A stretch of 64,000 nt of DNA, taken from the NCBI GenBank assembly GCA_965215005.1, contig CBDCCZ010000006.1, positions 128,001 to 192,000 of the forward strand, in the 5' to 3' direction. The DNA comes from Kofleriaceae bacterium (GTDB lineage Bacteria; Myxococcota_A; Polyangia; Haliangiales; Haliangiaceae). Below the pieces are notes generated by a model, which made no database searches, was not told the origin of the DNA, and saw nothing but the letters and a program-made list of their open reading frames with translations. Position numbers and translations under genes: made by a program. Shown here in pieces: positions 51,801 to 62,674 of the stretch; the stretch's first letter is position 1; each line of letters starts with the position of its first letter.

Positions 51801-52171
51801 GTCCACTGGGTGAGCGCCGCATCAAGCGGTCGCCGCTTCGCGACGTGGCTGGCATGCTGCGATCGTTTCATTACGCGGCGATGCTGGCCTCCCACGATCC
51901 GCACTGGCCAGCCGACAAGCAAGACGCCGTCGAGCGATGGTCCACCTTCTGGCACTCCTGGGTGACAGCGCAGTACCTACGCGCCTATCTCGAAGTGACA
52001 GGCGGCAGTGGCTTGGTGCCAGCGTCCGATGAGCAGCTGGCCGCATTGCTCGACTTCTATCTCGTGGACAAGTGCGTCTACGAGCTTTCCTACGAGCTAG
52101 GTAGTCGGCCGGAGTGGGTGTGGATTCCGCTCATGGGGCTCCTGGACATCTTGAAAGCCAAGGGACAATGA
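48848..52171 (+). CDS. treS: Trehalose synthase fused to maltokinase (TreS-Pep2/Mak)
   Basis: [32 protein letters not shown]-terminal [32 protein letters not shown]. Confidence 0.96.
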   Translation: MVRHSKDPQVLLADDPLWYKDALIYEIHVRAFSDSNGDGIGDFNGLVSKLDYLQDLGVTALWLLPFYPSPGRDDGYDIADYTDVNPSYGTLADFRRFLNEAHRRGLRVITELAINHTSSEHPWFQRARRAPAGSRWRNFYVWSESPELYRDARIIFPDFETSNWTWDPIAKSYYWHRFYSHQPDLNFENEEVHDAVISVLDFWMDLGVDGMRLDAIPYLYEREGTNCENLPETHQFLKKLRAHNDEKYRNRMFLAEANQWPEDAASYFGDGDECHMNFHFPLMPRMFMAVNLESSYPILDILEQTPEIPENCQWALFLRNHDELTLEMVTDEDRDYMWRVYAEDPQARINLGIRRRLAPLLKLRRKIELMHGLLFSLPGTPVLYYGDEIGMGDNIYLGDRDGVRTPMQWSYDRNAGFSRANPQKLFLPAVIDPEYHYEAINVEAQQNNAQSLLWWVKRLISLRKQHQVFGRGSMRFLRPDNPKILAFVRELDDDRVLVVANLSRFAQAGKLDLSGYEGLIPMEMFGHSPFPRINEQEPYFLALGPHEFYWFELTEEDTASQTPHAELPRLDAPQGWETLLSGQGDLERVLATYLPTCRWFRGKARRISKVRLTEAVPLEGASGAQLAFVRVDYVQEDPETYLLPLALADLEMGQKLIEDQYQATIARVAMGDESGVLYDASYSDTFARDLLALFSNKNHPRGSDGEISATGFAALQALTSEGLAALSPKRSTAEQSNTSIIFGDELILKLTRVVEFGSQPEIEIGRFLTEKVEFEHVPPLAGAMHYERGSEQAVIGVVQGFVDNQGDAWAFTLDSLSRFFERALSYQEHPTELPIGADSLMARARLDVPDVAKDTIGGYLPLARILGERTAQMHLALARGDLDSTFAPVALSTLHQRSLYQAARTTLNRGFELLESRRRKVPERWQSLVKEVLSNKDRLDEQLRSITGTKIEAARIRTHGDFHLGQVLYTGGDFVIIDFEGEPARPLGERRIKRSPLRDVAGMLRSFHYAAMLASHDPHWPADKQDAVERWSTFWHSWVTAQYLRAYLEVTGGSGLVPASDEQLAALLDFYLVDKCVYELSYELGSRPEWVWIPLMGLLDILKAKGQ

Positions 52172-54177
52172 CAACCCATACGAATCAACGAACCCACACG
52201 AGTGCAGCCGATCGCTCACGCGAGCGAAGCAACTCGAATGGGGCAGCCAAGGTAGTGCACGGGCCGACCCTTCTCGGCGACCAAGACCTTCATTACTTCA
52301 ATGAAGGCACTCATGCGCGCATGTATGAGCACCTGGGCGCGCATCTTCGCAGTGAGAAAGGCAAGAGCGGCTGTCAGTTCGGCGTCTGGGCTCCTTCGGC
52401 CGAATCAGTGAGCGTGATCGGCGACTTCAATGGGTGGGATGCCGCCGCTACGCCGCTTGCCGTGAAGGGCTCCTCGGGCATCTGGGAAGGCTTCGTACCC
52501 GGAGTGGAGCGCGGCGCCACTTACAAATATCACGTGGTATCCCGCAACGGCGGCTACACCGTCGACAAGATGGACCCCTATGGACTGTTCCATGAGCATC
52601 CACCACGCACCGCGTCCGTGGTCTGGGATCTAGATTACGAATGGGAAGATAAGACTTGGATGCAGGGCCGTGGTGAGCGCCACAAGCTCGACGCGCCCAT
52701 GTCGATTTATGAGGTCCACCTCGGTTCTTGGCGCCGCGATCCCGACGACCCCGAGCGGTTCCTCACGTATCGCGAGCTCGCTCCCCTGCTCGCCGATTAC
52801 GTCTCCTATCTAGGATTCACTCACGTCGAGCTGCTACCGGTGATGGAGCATCCGTTCTACGGCTCGTGGGGCTATCAAGTCACCGGCTATTTCGCCCCCA
52901 CCAGCCGCTACGGCAATCCTCAAGACCTGATGTACCTGATTGACTATCTGCATCGCGCCGGCATTGGCGTGCTGCTCGATTGGGTACCCGCGCACTTCCC
53001 CTCGGATGAGCACGCTCTTGGCTACTTCGATGGTACTCACGTCTACGAGCACGCCGATCCGCGCCAAGGCTTTCATCCTGACTGGAACTCGCTCATCTAC
53101 AACTATGGCCGCAATGAAGTGCGCAGCTTCTTGCTCTCGAGCGCCATCTTCTGGCTCGACAAGTACCATATCGATGGTCTGCGGGTGGACGGCGTGGCGT
53201 CCATGCTCTACCTCGACTATTCGCGGGCCGCGGGAGAATGGATACCCAATGAATTCGGCGGTCGGGAGAACATTCCCGCCATCGACTTCCTACGCCAGAT
53301 GAACACCACGGTGTTCAAAGAGTTTCCCGACACCCAAACCATCGCGGAGGAGTCGACAGCTTGGCCAATGGTATCGCGGCCAACGTACACCGGCGGGCTC
53401 GGCTTTGGCATGAAATGGGACATGGGGTGGATGCACGACACACTCCAGTACTTGAGCAAAGACCCCATCTACCGCCGCTATCACCACGGTGACGTCACGT
53501 TTCGCGGCGTGTATGCCTTTCACGAGAACTTCGTCTTGCCGCTGTCGCATGACGAGGTGGTGCACGGCAAGGGCTCTTTGATCAACAAGATGCCGGGGGA
53601 TGAATGGCAGAAGCTTGCCAACCTTCGGCTGCTCTACGCCTATATGTGGGCGATCTCGGGCAAGAAGCTGCTCTTCATGGGCGGTGAGTTCGGTCAGTGG
53701 CGCGAGTGGCAGCACGACAACAGCCTCGATTGGCACCTCACTCATTCGGAGGGCCACCGCGGGCTGCAGAGCTTGGTGTCGCAGATAAATCGCCTCTATC
53801 GCGAGAAGCCGGCCCTGCACCGCGACGTCGAGCCGGAAGGGTTTCGATGGATCGATGCCTCCGACTTCGAGCGCAGCATCTATATCTTCGAGCGTAGCGG
53901 TCGTCGCGGCGAGAAGCTCCTCTGCGCGCTCAATGCCACTCCAACGCCGCAGTACAACTACCGCGTCGGAGTGGATCGCATGGGTTACTGGCACGAGCTT
54001 CTCAACACCGATGCCCGCGAGTTCGGTGGCTCCGGCCTCGGCAATTACGGCCGCGTCGAGGCGCATCCTGTTTCATGGCAGGGGCAGCCGTTCTCGATCA
54101 CGCTCACGCTGCCGCCACTGGCCGCGATCTGGCTGGAAGCGCCAACGGCCGAAGGAGATGGCGCGAGCGAAGCGTAA
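52168..54177 (+). CDS. glgB: 1,4-alpha-glucan branching enzyme GlgB
   Basis: [50 protein letters not shown]. Confidence 0.97.
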   Translation: MTTHTNQRTHTSAADRSRERSNSNGAAKVVHGPTLLGDQDLHYFNEGTHARMYEHLGAHLRSEKGKSGCQFGVWAPSAESVSVIGDFNGWDAAATPLAVKGSSGIWEGFVPGVERGATYKYHVVSRNGGYTVDKMDPYGLFHEHPPRTASVVWDLDYEWEDKTWMQGRGERHKLDAPMSIYEVHLGSWRRDPDDPERFLTYRELAPLLADYVSYLGFTHVELLPVMEHPFYGSWGYQVTGYFAPTSRYGNPQDLMYLIDYLHRAGIGVLLDWVPAHFPSDEHALGYFDGTHVYEHADPRQGFHPDWNSLIYNYGRNEVRSFLLSSAIFWLDKYHIDGLRVDGVASMLYLDYSRAAGEWIPNEFGGRENIPAIDFLRQMNTTVFKEFPDTQTIAEESTAWPMVSRPTYTGGLGFGMKWDMGWMHDTLQYLSKDPIYRRYHHGDVTFRGVYAFHENFVLPLSHDEVVHGKGSLINKMPGDEWQKLANLRLLYAYMWAISGKKLLFMGGEFGQWREWQHDNSLDWHLTHSEGHRGLQSLVSQINRLYREKPALHRDVEPEGFRWIDASDFERSIYIFERSGRRGEKLLCALNATPTPQYNYRVGVDRMGYWHELLNTDAREFGGSGLGNYGRVEAHPVSWQGQPFSITLTLPPLAAIWLEAPTAEGDGASEA

Positions 54178-54223
54178 TCCCGGCGCAGCCGCTCTTGTGT
54201 CACCACCCGGCTTACCAAGAGCC

Positions 54224-56665
54224 ATGAACCGCTACGTCTGCATTCACGCTCACTGCTATCAGCCGCCGCGCGAGAATCCGTGGCTCGAGGAAATCGAGCA
54301 GCAGGACTCGGCGTATCCCCATCACGATTGGAATGAGCGGGTCAACGCCGAGTGCTACGCGCAGAACGTCGCGTCGCGGATTCTCGATGCGCGCGGGCGG
54401 ATCGCTCGCATCCTCAACAACTTCTCCCGCATCAGCTTCAACATCGGGCCAACGCTGCTGTCGTGGATGGAGCACCACGACCCGGACACCTATCGCGGAA
54501 TCTTGCGCGCCGACCACGAGAGCCGTGAGCGCTTCGGTGGTCACGGCAGCGCAATTGCTCAAGCGTACAACCACATGATTCTGCCGCTCGCGAACGAGCG
54601 CGACAGACACACGCAAGTGCGCTGGGGTATCGAAGACTTCATCCACCGGTTCGGTCGCCGCCCGGAGGGGATGTGGCTTCCCGAGACCGCGGTGGATCTG
54701 GCGACGCTCGAGGTGTTGGCCGAGAACGAGCTGGCTTTCACGATACTCTCGCCGTATCAGGCCAAACGGGTCCGAAGGCGCGGCGAGACCGACTGGCTCG
54801 ACGTGGCAGGAGGCCGGATCGATCCATCGCAGGCGTATCTCCATTCGTTACCCTCGGGACGAAGCATCGCGGTGTTCTTCTACGATGGTCCGGTGGCACA
54901 AGCGGTGGCGTTCGAGCGTTTGCTCGATAGCGGCGAGCGTTTCGCCCAGCGTCTCGAGGGCGGGTTCTCCGAGCGCCGCAAGTGGCCCCAGCTCATGCAC
55001 ATCGCCACGGATGGCGAGAGCTACGGCCATCACCACCGCAGCGGCGAAATGGCCCTCTCCTATGCCCTCGACCTCATCGACCGCGAGAAGCGCGCCGAGA
55101 TGACCATCTATGGCGAATATCTCGAACGGCATCCGCCGACCCACGAGGTCGAGATTCTCGAAGACACCGCGTGGAGCTGCTCGCACGGCGTCGGGCGCTG
55201 GCGAGAGAGCTGCGGCTGCAACACCGGCGGTCAGCCTGACTGGTCGCAAGAGTGGCGTGGCCCGCTGCGAAAGGCGCTCGATTGGCTGCGAGATGAGCTT
55301 GCCACTGCCTATGAACGAGCCGCCGCCGACCTCTTCATCGATCCGTGGGCGGCACGGGACGCGCTGATATCGGTGCTGCTAGATCGTCGCCGTCAAGCCG
55401 TGGAAGCGTTTCTCGCAACCCACCAACGCCGACCGTTGACCGGCGAGCAGCAGCGTCGAGCTCTGATGCTGCTAGAGATGCAGCGCCACCTCATGCTCAT
55501 GTACACGAGCTGCGGCTGGTTCTTCGACGATCTCTCCGGCATCGAGACGGTCCAGGTTATTCAATACGCCGGTCGCGCCGTTCAGCTCGCCGAGTCGCTG
55601 TTTGGCAGCCAGCTCGAGGAGAGCTTCGTCGGCAGACTGGCGCGCGCTCGCAGCAACCTCCCAGCGTGGCGAGACGGGCGAGCCATCTATGAGAAGAACG
55701 TCAAGCCGGCGATGGTCAATCTCACCAAGGTGGGTGCTCACTACGCCATTAGCTCGCTGTTTCAGGACTATCCCCAGCGCGCCCGAATCTACTGCTACGA
55801 CGTCGAACGGCAAGCGGAGGAGAGTTACACGCTTGGGCGGATGAAGATGTTGGTTGGGCGCGCGCACATCGCTTCGACCATCACCTGGAACGACACCGAT
55901 CTCGCCTATGCGGTGCTCCACTTTGGCGACACCCACGTTCTTGGTGGTGTTAGCGAGGGACTTGACGACGCCGCGTGGGAAACGATCACGTCCACGTTGA
56001 TCAACGCCTTCATGCGCTCCGACGTGACGCAAATGGTCCGCATCTTCGATCGCCATTTCACCGAGCAGTTCGCCTTGCCTTCGCTGTTCCGCGACGAGCA
56101 ACGCAAGGTGCTTCGGCAGCTCATCGACAGCACGGTCGACGAGGTCGATGCCGCCTATCAGGCCATCTACCGCAACAACGCCCCGCTGATAGCCTTCCTA
56201 ACTGCGAGCAACATGCCGGTGCCACGCCCGCTGCGGACCGCTGCGGAGCATGCGCTCACCGCGCAGCTCGAGCGCGCCTTCGACGACGATGACCTCAATC
56301 GCGACGATATCGAATCCATACTCACCGACGCTGCCGAGCGCTGCGTGCAGCTCGATGAGCCGACGCTGCGATTCACGCTTCAGCAGCGTATCGAGCGCGA
56401 AGCCCAGAGGCTAGCAGAAGACCCGCTCGAGATGCGGCTGCTGGCGCGACTCCGCGCGGCGGTGGATATAGCCGGCCTCACCTCGTTTGGTGTGGAGCTC
56501 TGGAAAGTTCAGAACATCTATTGGGAGCTTCTCAGACAACGGTTTACGGACCAGCGTGCGCGCGCTCAGGCAGGCGACGATGACGCTACCGCGTGGTGCC
56601 AAGACTTCCTAACGCTCGGCGATCAGCTTCGTGTGAGCTTCGCCTGCGAGGACCATCATGAGTGA
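54224..56665 (+). CDS. GH57-family / DUF3536 protein
   Basis: HAHCYQPPRENPW, SFNIGPTL, GMWLPETAV, ATDGESYGHH, MYTSCGWFFDD. Confidence 0.9.
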   Translation: MNRYVCIHAHCYQPPRENPWLEEIEQQDSAYPHHDWNERVNAECYAQNVASRILDARGRIARILNNFSRISFNIGPTLLSWMEHHDPDTYRGILRADHESRERFGGHGSAIAQAYNHMILPLANERDRHTQVRWGIEDFIHRFGRRPEGMWLPETAVDLATLEVLAENELAFTILSPYQAKRVRRRGETDWLDVAGGRIDPSQAYLHSLPSGRSIAVFFYDGPVAQAVAFERLLDSGERFAQRLEGGFSERRKWPQLMHIATDGESYGHHHRSGEMALSYALDLIDREKRAEMTIYGEYLERHPPTHEVEILEDTAWSCSHGVGRWRESCGCNTGGQPDWSQEWRGPLRKALDWLRDELATAYERAAADLFIDPWAARDALISVLLDRRRQAVEAFLATHQRRPLTGEQQRRALMLLEMQRHLMLMYTSCGWFFDDLSGIETVQVIQYAGRAVQLAESLFGSQLEESFVGRLARARSNLPAWRDGRAIYEKNVKPAMVNLTKVGAHYAISSLFQDYPQRARIYCYDVERQAEESYTLGRMKMLVGRAHIASTITWNDTDLAYAVLHFGDTHVLGGVSEGLDDAAWETITSTLINAFMRSDVTQMVRIFDRHFTEQFALPSLFRDEQRKVLRQLIDSTVDEVDAAYQAIYRNNAPLIAFLTASNMPVPRPLRTAAEHALTAQLERAFDDDDLNRDDIESILTDAAERCVQLDEPTLRFTLQQRIEREAQRLAEDPLEMRLLARLRAAVDIAGLTSFGVELWKVQNIYWELLRQRFTDQRARAQAGDDDATAWCQDFLTLGDQLRVSFACEDHHE

Positions 56666-59246
56666 CAGCAAGATTCCCATCGCGACCTATCGTTTTCAGC
56701 TCACCGGGACGCTGGGATTCGCACGCGCTCGCGAGCTCGTGCCTTATCTCGCGGCGCTGGGAATCGATACCCTCTATGCGTCACCTATTCTGGTAGCTCG
56801 CCGAGACAGCACCGCCAACTACGACGTTTGCGACCCGCGGTTCCTCGACCCCAGACTCGGCAGCGACGAGGACTTCGACGCGCTTGCCGCAGCGCTGCGT
56901 GAGCGCGAGATGGGAATGGTCGTCGACATCGTTCCCAATCACATGGCGGCCTCCACAGAGAATCCATGGTGGCGCGAAGTGCTCGCCCACGGCCCCGACT
57001 CGGCCGCCGCCCGTATCTTCGATATCGACTGGGATGCGTGGCCAGCCGCTGCCGGCGCAGCCCCAAAACTCCTCTTGCCGATACTCGGCGGCCCGTATGC
57101 CGAGGTTCTCGCCCGCGGTGAGCTAACGATCGCCGACAGTGAGGGCGGACTCGCCGCGCGCTATTTCGACACTTTCTTGCCGCTCGCGCCTGGTTCGTGT
57201 CCGGCTGAGCACGGCGATGATCCTGCCGCCATTCATGAAATTCTCGAAGCGCAGCACTATCGGCTCGGGTTTTGGCGCAGCGGCGCTCGCCGTATCAACT
57301 ATCGCCGATTCTTCGATATCTCCGAGTTGGCCGGCACACGCGTGGAGGATGGCGATGTGTTCGCGGCACTGCACGAAAAGACCCTGGCGCTGGTGAGCCG
57401 CGGCGCAATCACTGGGTTGCGGGTCGATCACATCGATGGATTACGCGATCCAACCCAATATCTGCAGCGACTGGAGCGTGCCGCAAGCGATGCGGCAGAC
57501 GGCCGCAAGCCCTATATCGTCGTCGAGAAGATTCTTTCGCACGACGAGACGATGCCAGCCGACTGGCCCATTCAAGGCACCACTGGCTACGAATTCGTTC
57601 GAGCCCTTAATGGCGTGTTCGTCGATGCCGATGGTCTTGCCGAGCTCGAGCGCATCTATGAGAAGTTTCTCGGCTTTGCCCAGCCTTTCGAAGATCGCCT
57701 GTATCAGCAAAAGAAGCGCGTCATTCGGGACTTATTCCCCAACGAGATTCATCGCCGCAGCGCGGAGCTCCGGCGATTGGCGTTGGCCGACTTGCACGCC
57801 CGCGATCTCTACGACTACGACCTCGACGCCGCGCTCGTGGAAGTTGCCGCATGTTTCCCAGTGTATCGCAGCTACGCCGGCACGACCGCGAGCGAGCAGG
57901 ACCGGAGATGGAACGACAGCGCGGTTGCCGCGGCGCAAGAGCGTGCGCCGCACGTAGCCGCGGGTGCATTCGATTTCTTGCGCCGGGTGCTGTCGATGGA
58001 AGGCTTCGAGCAGGCTCCCGCCGACATGCGCCAACCGTGGGCCGACTTCGTATGCCGCTGGCAGCAGCTAACGGGTCCCATCGTCGCCAAGGGACTCGAA
58101 GACACCGCTCTCTATCAAGACTTTCGTCTGCTGTCGCTCAACTCGGTTGGCGGCGAGCCCGACGCAGGCCGCGAGCTGATGCAGGTGGAGGCCTTCCATC
58201 GCCACAACCAGTACTACTGCCAGCACTGGCCGCACTCGATGATTTCCACCAGCACTCACGACTCAAAGCGCAGCGAGGATGTACGAGCCCGTTTGCACGT
58301 ACTTTCCGACATGCCGGTAGCATGGTCACGCGCGCTGTCGCGATGGGCGGGTCAAAACGGCCGGCACAAGCAAATGGTGGCCGGTCGCGCGGTGCCATCC
58401 CGCAACGTCGAGGTTCTCATCTATCAGACGATGCTCGGTGCCTGGCCTCTGGACCAGAGTGAGGTAGGCGCCTTCATCGAACGGCTCGAGGCGTACTTGA
58501 TCAAAGCCAGCCGAGAAGCGAAGCTCGAAACCAGTTGGCTCGACACCAACGAAGAGTACGAAGGGGCGTTGATAGGCTTCGTTCGCGCCATCACGGATGA
58601 CGCGGAGCTGATGCGCGACTTCGCCAGCTTACAGCAGCGCATCGCCTTTTATGGCGCCATCAATGGACTGTCTCAGGTCATCCTCAAAGCTACCAGCCCA
58701 GGCGTGCCGGACTTCTATCAAGGAACCGAGCTTTGGACCTTTACCCTGGTCGATCCCGACAACCGTCGTGCAGTCGATTTCGATCGCCGCCAGCGACTGC
58801 TGCAAGAGCTAAACGGCCTCGCTGAGCGCGACCCGGTGACCACGTGTCGTGAGCTCTTGCGCACCTGGCAAGACGGCCGCATCAAGCTCTTCGTCACGCA
58901 ACGTGCACTTGCCGCCCGCGGCCGCCACAGCGCGTTGTTCACCAAAGGGGACTACCTACCGCTGCGCGCGACGGGCGAACGCGCCGACGATGTCTGCGTG
59001 TTCGCGCGCCGTCACGAAGCATCCTGGACGATCACCGCCGTACCTATGCGCGTAGGCAAGCTCGGCGCTGCTGGCGCGTGGCCTACCGGCAAGCGCTGCT
59101 GGAAGAACACGATTCTCGAAATCCCCGCCGAGGCTCCCAAACGCTGGCGCAACGCGTTCACCGGCGAGCTCATCGATGCAAGCGGCGAGCTGCGCGCTGC
59201 CGAGGTGTTCAAGACGCTGCCGATCGCACTCTTGGAGCCGGCGTGA
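56658..59246 (+). CDS. treY: Malto-oligosyltrehalose synthase TreY
   Basis: PIATYRFQL, DIVPNHM, NYRRFFD, LRVDHIDGL, VEKIL, STHDSKRSED, PDFYQG, LVDPDNRR. Confidence 0.96.
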   Translation: MSDSKIPIATYRFQLTGTLGFARARELVPYLAALGIDTLYASPILVARRDSTANYDVCDPRFLDPRLGSDEDFDALAAALREREMGMVVDIVPNHMAASTENPWWREVLAHGPDSAAARIFDIDWDAWPAAAGAAPKLLLPILGGPYAEVLARGELTIADSEGGLAARYFDTFLPLAPGSCPAEHGDDPAAIHEILEAQHYRLGFWRSGARRINYRRFFDISELAGTRVEDGDVFAALHEKTLALVSRGAITGLRVDHIDGLRDPTQYLQRLERAASDAADGRKPYIVVEKILSHDETMPADWPIQGTTGYEFVRALNGVFVDADGLAELERIYEKFLGFAQPFEDRLYQQKKRVIRDLFPNEIHRRSAELRRLALADLHARDLYDYDLDAALVEVAACFPVYRSYAGTTASEQDRRWNDSAVAAAQERAPHVAAGAFDFLRRVLSMEGFEQAPADMRQPWADFVCRWQQLTGPIVAKGLEDTALYQDFRLLSLNSVGGEPDAGRELMQVEAFHRHNQYYCQHWPHSMISTSTHDSKRSEDVRARLHVLSDMPVAWSRALSRWAGQNGRHKQMVAGRAVPSRNVEVLIYQTMLGAWPLDQSEVGAFIERLEAYLIKASREAKLETSWLDTNEEYEGALIGFVRAITDDAELMRDFASLQQRIAFYGAINGLSQVILKATSPGVPDFYQGTELWTFTLVDPDNRRAVDFDRRQRLLQELNGLAERDPVTTCRELLRTWQDGRIKLFVTQRALAARGRHSALFTKGDYLPLRATGERADDVCVFARRHEASWTITAVPMRVGKLGAAGAWPTGKRCWKNTILEIPAEAPKRWRNAFTGELIDASGELRAAEVFKTLPIALLEPA

Positions 59247-59280
59247 CCGCCCGCTCCTGCAACTCGGGACGGTGTCTTCG

Positions 59281-61149
59281 ATGAAGCCCGGCGGCCTAGA
59301 CATAGCCGACCACGGCGTCATCGGCGATCGGCGGTCGATTGCGCTGGTCGGCACGGATGGCACGATCGACTTTCTCTGTTACCCGAGCTTTGACTCCCCA
59401 AGCGTCTTCGCTAGCCTTCTCGACGACGAACGCGGCGGCAGCTTTGCCGTTTATCCAGAGCTTCCCGACGCCCGCCGGCAACAGTTCTATCTGCCCAACA
59501 CCAACGTGCTGCTCACCCGCTTTCTCGCCGAGGAAGCCGTTGCTGAGCTGTCGGACTTCATGCCAGTGGGGGACCGCTGGGCTCCCCGCGATTCAGTGAT
59601 CGTCCGCCAGGCGCGCGCTGTTCGCGGCGAGATCACGTTTCGGTTGCGGCTCCAACCAGCCTTCGACTATGGCCGTGCTCAACACCGCGTGCACCGCGAT
59701 GGCAAGCATCTCATCTTCGAATCCCGCGCCGGTGATGGCTTAGCCTTGCGGCTGCGCTCCTCTCATCCGTTGAAGATCGATGGTGCTGCTGGCATCGCCG
59801 AGCTCGATCTCGCCGCCGGTGAGACGGCGACCTTCGTGCTCGAGCGCGCGAGCGAGGAGAACGATTCCCCCTTCGACTCCGCCAGCGCCGTCGAAGAAGC
59901 CTTCGCAGACACTGTGCACTTCTGGCGCCGCTGGATTTCGCGCTCGACCTATCAGGGACGCTGGCGCGACCGCGTGCATCGGTCCGCGCTCCTGCTCAAG
60001 CTCCTGCAGCACCACGATAGCGGCTCGCTCATTGCGGCCCCGACCTTCGGTTTGCCCGAAGAAATTGGTGGGATGCGCAACTGGGACTATCGCTATACCT
60101 GGCTCCGCGATGCATCATTCACGGTGCAGGCGCTCAGTCAGCTTGGCATCGTCGAGGAGTCGCATCGCTTCATGGAGTGGCTTGAGCAGCGATGTCTGGA
60201 GGTCGATCCTGGCCAGCCACTGGCGGTGCTCTACACCACCGCGGGTGGGACGTGCGTGAAAGAAGAGACGCTCGACCACTTTCGCGGCTATCGCGGCTCG
60301 ACTCCGGTGCGAATTGGCAATGCCGCGGCTGGACAGCTGCAGCTCGACATCTATGGCGAGCTCTTCGACGCGCTGTGGCAGTACAGCGCCCAGGGCTTTT
60401 GTCAATATCATCAGGTGTGGTCGCGGCTCGAAGAGATCATCAACTGGGTTTGCGACAATTGGCGTCGTGAAGATGAAGGCGTATGGGAGACCCGCGGCGG
60501 GCGTCATGAGTTCGTGCAGTCGCGATTGATGTGCTGGGTCGCTCTCGACCGCGCGCTCAAGCTCGCTGATCGCGAATCAAAGCCCGCTCCTCGACAACGC
60601 TGGTTAGAGACCCGCGACGCGATCTACCATGACCTCCACGCCCGCTTCTGGAACGAGCAACTCGGCGCCTTCATGCAGTATCCCGGGGCTAACCGCCTCG
60701 ACGCCGGATGCTTGCTCATGCCGCTCGTCGGTTTCATCAGCCCGACGGATCCTCGCTGGCTATCGACCCTGCGTCGAGTCGAGGACGAGCTTGCGGTCGA
60801 TGAGCTCGTCTACCGCTATCGCGCCCACGACCGTGAAGAGTGGTCCGATGGACTCGAAGGCCAAGAAGGCACCTTTTCCATCTGCACCTTTTGGCTCGTG
60901 CAGTGCCTGGCGAGAGCCGGCGAGCTCGATAGAGCGCAGTTGGCATTCGAGAAGATGCTCGCCTACGGCAATCACGTCGGCCTCTACGCAGAGCAGCTCG
61001 GCCGCCGCGCCGAGCACCTCGGCAACTTTCCCCAAGCGCTCACCCACCTCGGGCTCATCAACGCGGCTATCGATCTCGACGCTCGCCTGAATGCCTCGAG
61101 GTCGCCCATGGAAGAGGCTCATCGTCGCCCGAGCGTCGAGATGCGATAG
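59281..61149 (+). CDS. Glycoside hydrolase family 15 (trehalase/glucoamylase-like)
   Basis: FDSPSVFASLLD, AAPTFGLPE, RNWDYRYTWLRD, QLDIYGE, GVWETR, LGNFPQALTH. Confidence 0.93.
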   Translation: MKPGGLDIADHGVIGDRRSIALVGTDGTIDFLCYPSFDSPSVFASLLDDERGGSFAVYPELPDARRQQFYLPNTNVLLTRFLAEEAVAELSDFMPVGDRWAPRDSVIVRQARAVRGEITFRLRLQPAFDYGRAQHRVHRDGKHLIFESRAGDGLALRLRSSHPLKIDGAAGIAELDLAAGETATFVLERASEENDSPFDSASAVEEAFADTVHFWRRWISRSTYQGRWRDRVHRSALLLKLLQHHDSGSLIAAPTFGLPEEIGGMRNWDYRYTWLRDASFTVQALSQLGIVEESHRFMEWLEQRCLEVDPGQPLAVLYTTAGGTCVKEETLDHFRGYRGSTPVRIGNAAAGQLQLDIYGELFDALWQYSAQGFCQYHQVWSRLEEIINWVCDNWRREDEGVWETRGGRHEFVQSRLMCWVALDRALKLADRESKPAPRQRWLETRDAIYHDLHARFWNEQLGAFMQYPGANRLDAGCLLMPLVGFISPTDPRWLSTLRRVEDELAVDELVYRYRAHDREEWSDGLEGQEGTFSICTFWLVQCLARAGELDRAQLAFEKMLAYGNHVGLYAEQLGRRAEHLGNFPQALTHLGLINAAIDLDARLNASRSPMEEAHRRPSVEMR

Positions 61150-61191
61150 AGTCGAAGGTGGTCGCTCGAACGCGACTCCCTCGACTCGTTT
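61149..61191. terminator. Hairpin between the convergent GH15 and SDR genes
   Basis: Outer stem GAGTCGA/TCGACTC with inner GTCGC/GCGAC, then GTTT. Confidence 0.45.
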
Positions 61192-61203
61192 ACCCCGCCG
61201 ACG

Positions 61204-62067
61204 TCACCCGGCGCGCGTCTGCCCGCCCAAGAGCGTAAGCACTTCCCCCGTCACGTAGCTCGAGTCGATATCCGAGGCGAAGTAGACATAGGCTGGAGCG
61301 ATCTCCTCGGGCTGCGCTGGCCGTTCCATCGGCTGCCCCTCACCGAAGTGCGCCACGTCTTCTGCGTCGCGGTCCGACGGATTGAGAGGCGTCCAAACCG
61401 GGCCCGGCGCGACGCAGTTGACGCGAATGCCCTCCTCGACCAAATTTTGCGCCAACGACTTCGTAAACGCGTGGATCGCGCCTTTCGTCGCCGAGTAATC
61501 CAGTAACTTGCCTGAGCCGTTGAGGCCAGTAATCGAGCCTGTATTGATGATTGACCCACCTTTCGGAAGGTGCGGCAACGCCGCCTTCGCCATATGAAAG
61601 TAGCCGTAGATGTTGGTCTTGAAGGTTCGATCCCACTGCTCTTCATCGAGCTCATCGAGTCCTTCGCGATGCTGCTGATAGGCGGCGTTATTGACCAACA
61701 CGTCGAGGCGGCCGAGCTGCTCGACCGTTTGCTTTACAGCATCGCGGCAGAACCCGGCGTCTTTGACGTCACCCGGAACCAGCAGCGCCGAACGCCCCTC
61801 TGCCTCGATTGCCGCGCGAGTCTCCTCTGCATCGGCCTGCTCCTCGCTCAAGTACACCAACGCGACATCGGCGCCTTCACGGGCAAACAGAACGGCCACT
61901 GAACGGCCGATTCCCGAGTCTCCTCCGGTGATGAGAGCTACTTTGCCGGCAAGTTTGCCGGCTCCGCGGTAGCGTGGCGCCGCATAGCGTGGACGTGGAT
62001 CGAGCTCTTGCTCAGAACCGGGCTTGTCTTGGTGCTGCGCAGGAAATGGCGGGCTGGGTTGCTGCAT
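61204..62067 (-). CDS. SDR oxidoreductase, general-stress YhdF/YghA-like
   Basis: PFPAQHQDKPG...P.PRY, ITGGDSGIG, NNAAYQ, DYSATK, VAPGPVWTP. Confidence 0.92.
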   Translation of the reverse strand: MQQPSPPFPAQHQDKPGSEQELDPRPRYAAPRYRGAGKLAGKVALITGGDSGIGRSVAVLFAREGADVALVYLSEEQADAEETRAAIEAEGRSALLVPGDVKDAGFCRDAVKQTVEQLGRLDVLVNNAAYQQHREGLDELDEEQWDRTFKTNIYGYFHMAKAALPHLPKGGSIINTGSITGLNGSGKLLDYSATKGAIHAFTKSLAQNLVEEGIRVNCVAPGPVWTPLNPSDRDAEDVAHFGEGQPMERPAQPEEIAPAYVYFASDIDSSYVTGEVLTLLGGQTRAG

Positions 62068-62080
62068 GGGCAATTGCGGC

Positions 62081-62096
62081 AGCAGGGAGTGTGCCA
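62081..62096 (-). promoter_or_regulatory. Sigma54-type promoter for the SDR; predicted +1 near 62070
   Basis: Minus strand TGGCACACTCCCTGCT. Confidence 0.65.
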
Positions 62097-62243
62097 GCAC
62101 GACATTTTTGGGCAGGACCGAGGGCGCGAGCGGCGCGAGCCGATGCGTCACGACGAGGCGTGATGGTACGCGTCACGACGTCGGTGTTCTTCAATAGGCA
62201 AACAGCATGCTCCTACGTCCGCGACAGCGTCCGCTCCGCCGTG

Positions 62244-62259
62244 TGGCACGGCGTCTGCT
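62244..62259 (+). promoter_or_regulatory. Sigma54-type promoter for the ASRT-like gene
   Basis: TGGCACGGCGTCTGCT, followed downstream by an AGGAGG RBS. Confidence 0.7.
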
Positions 62260-62303
62260 CTCGCTGAGTCGCGCGAGCACCTCGCTCGTGTTAGGAGGAT
62301 TCG

Positions 62304-62674
62304 GTGAAACAAGCACTCGGCCGCACTCGTTGGGCAATCGCGGAGGGCTATATCCCGGAGGGGAGCAACGGCCCCAAGCCAGAGATGGAGAGTCATGAAA
62401 CCGCCTGCCTTCTCAATACCGGCGAGGTCGACGCCAACGTCACGATTACCGCCTATTTTGCAGGTCGCCGGCGGGTCCCTTCCGCTTGGTGGTCGCCGCG
62501 GAGCGAACCCGCCATGTGCGCTTCAATCAGCTAGACGACCCGGAACCGATTCCCCGAGGAACCGATTTTGCCACGGTTATCGAGTCCGATGTGCCCATCG
62601 TGGTTCAGCACACGCGACTCGACTCGCGCCAAGCCGAAAACGCGCTGATGACCACAATTGCGTTCTCGGAATAG
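62304..62674 (+). pseudogene. Anabaena sensory rhodopsin transducer (ASRT)-like gene with a frameshift near 62469
   Basis: First frame: GRTRWAIAEGYIP...SHETACLLN; second frame: AGPFRLVVAAERTRHVRFN...SDVPIVVQHTRLDSRQAENAL. Confidence 0.85.
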
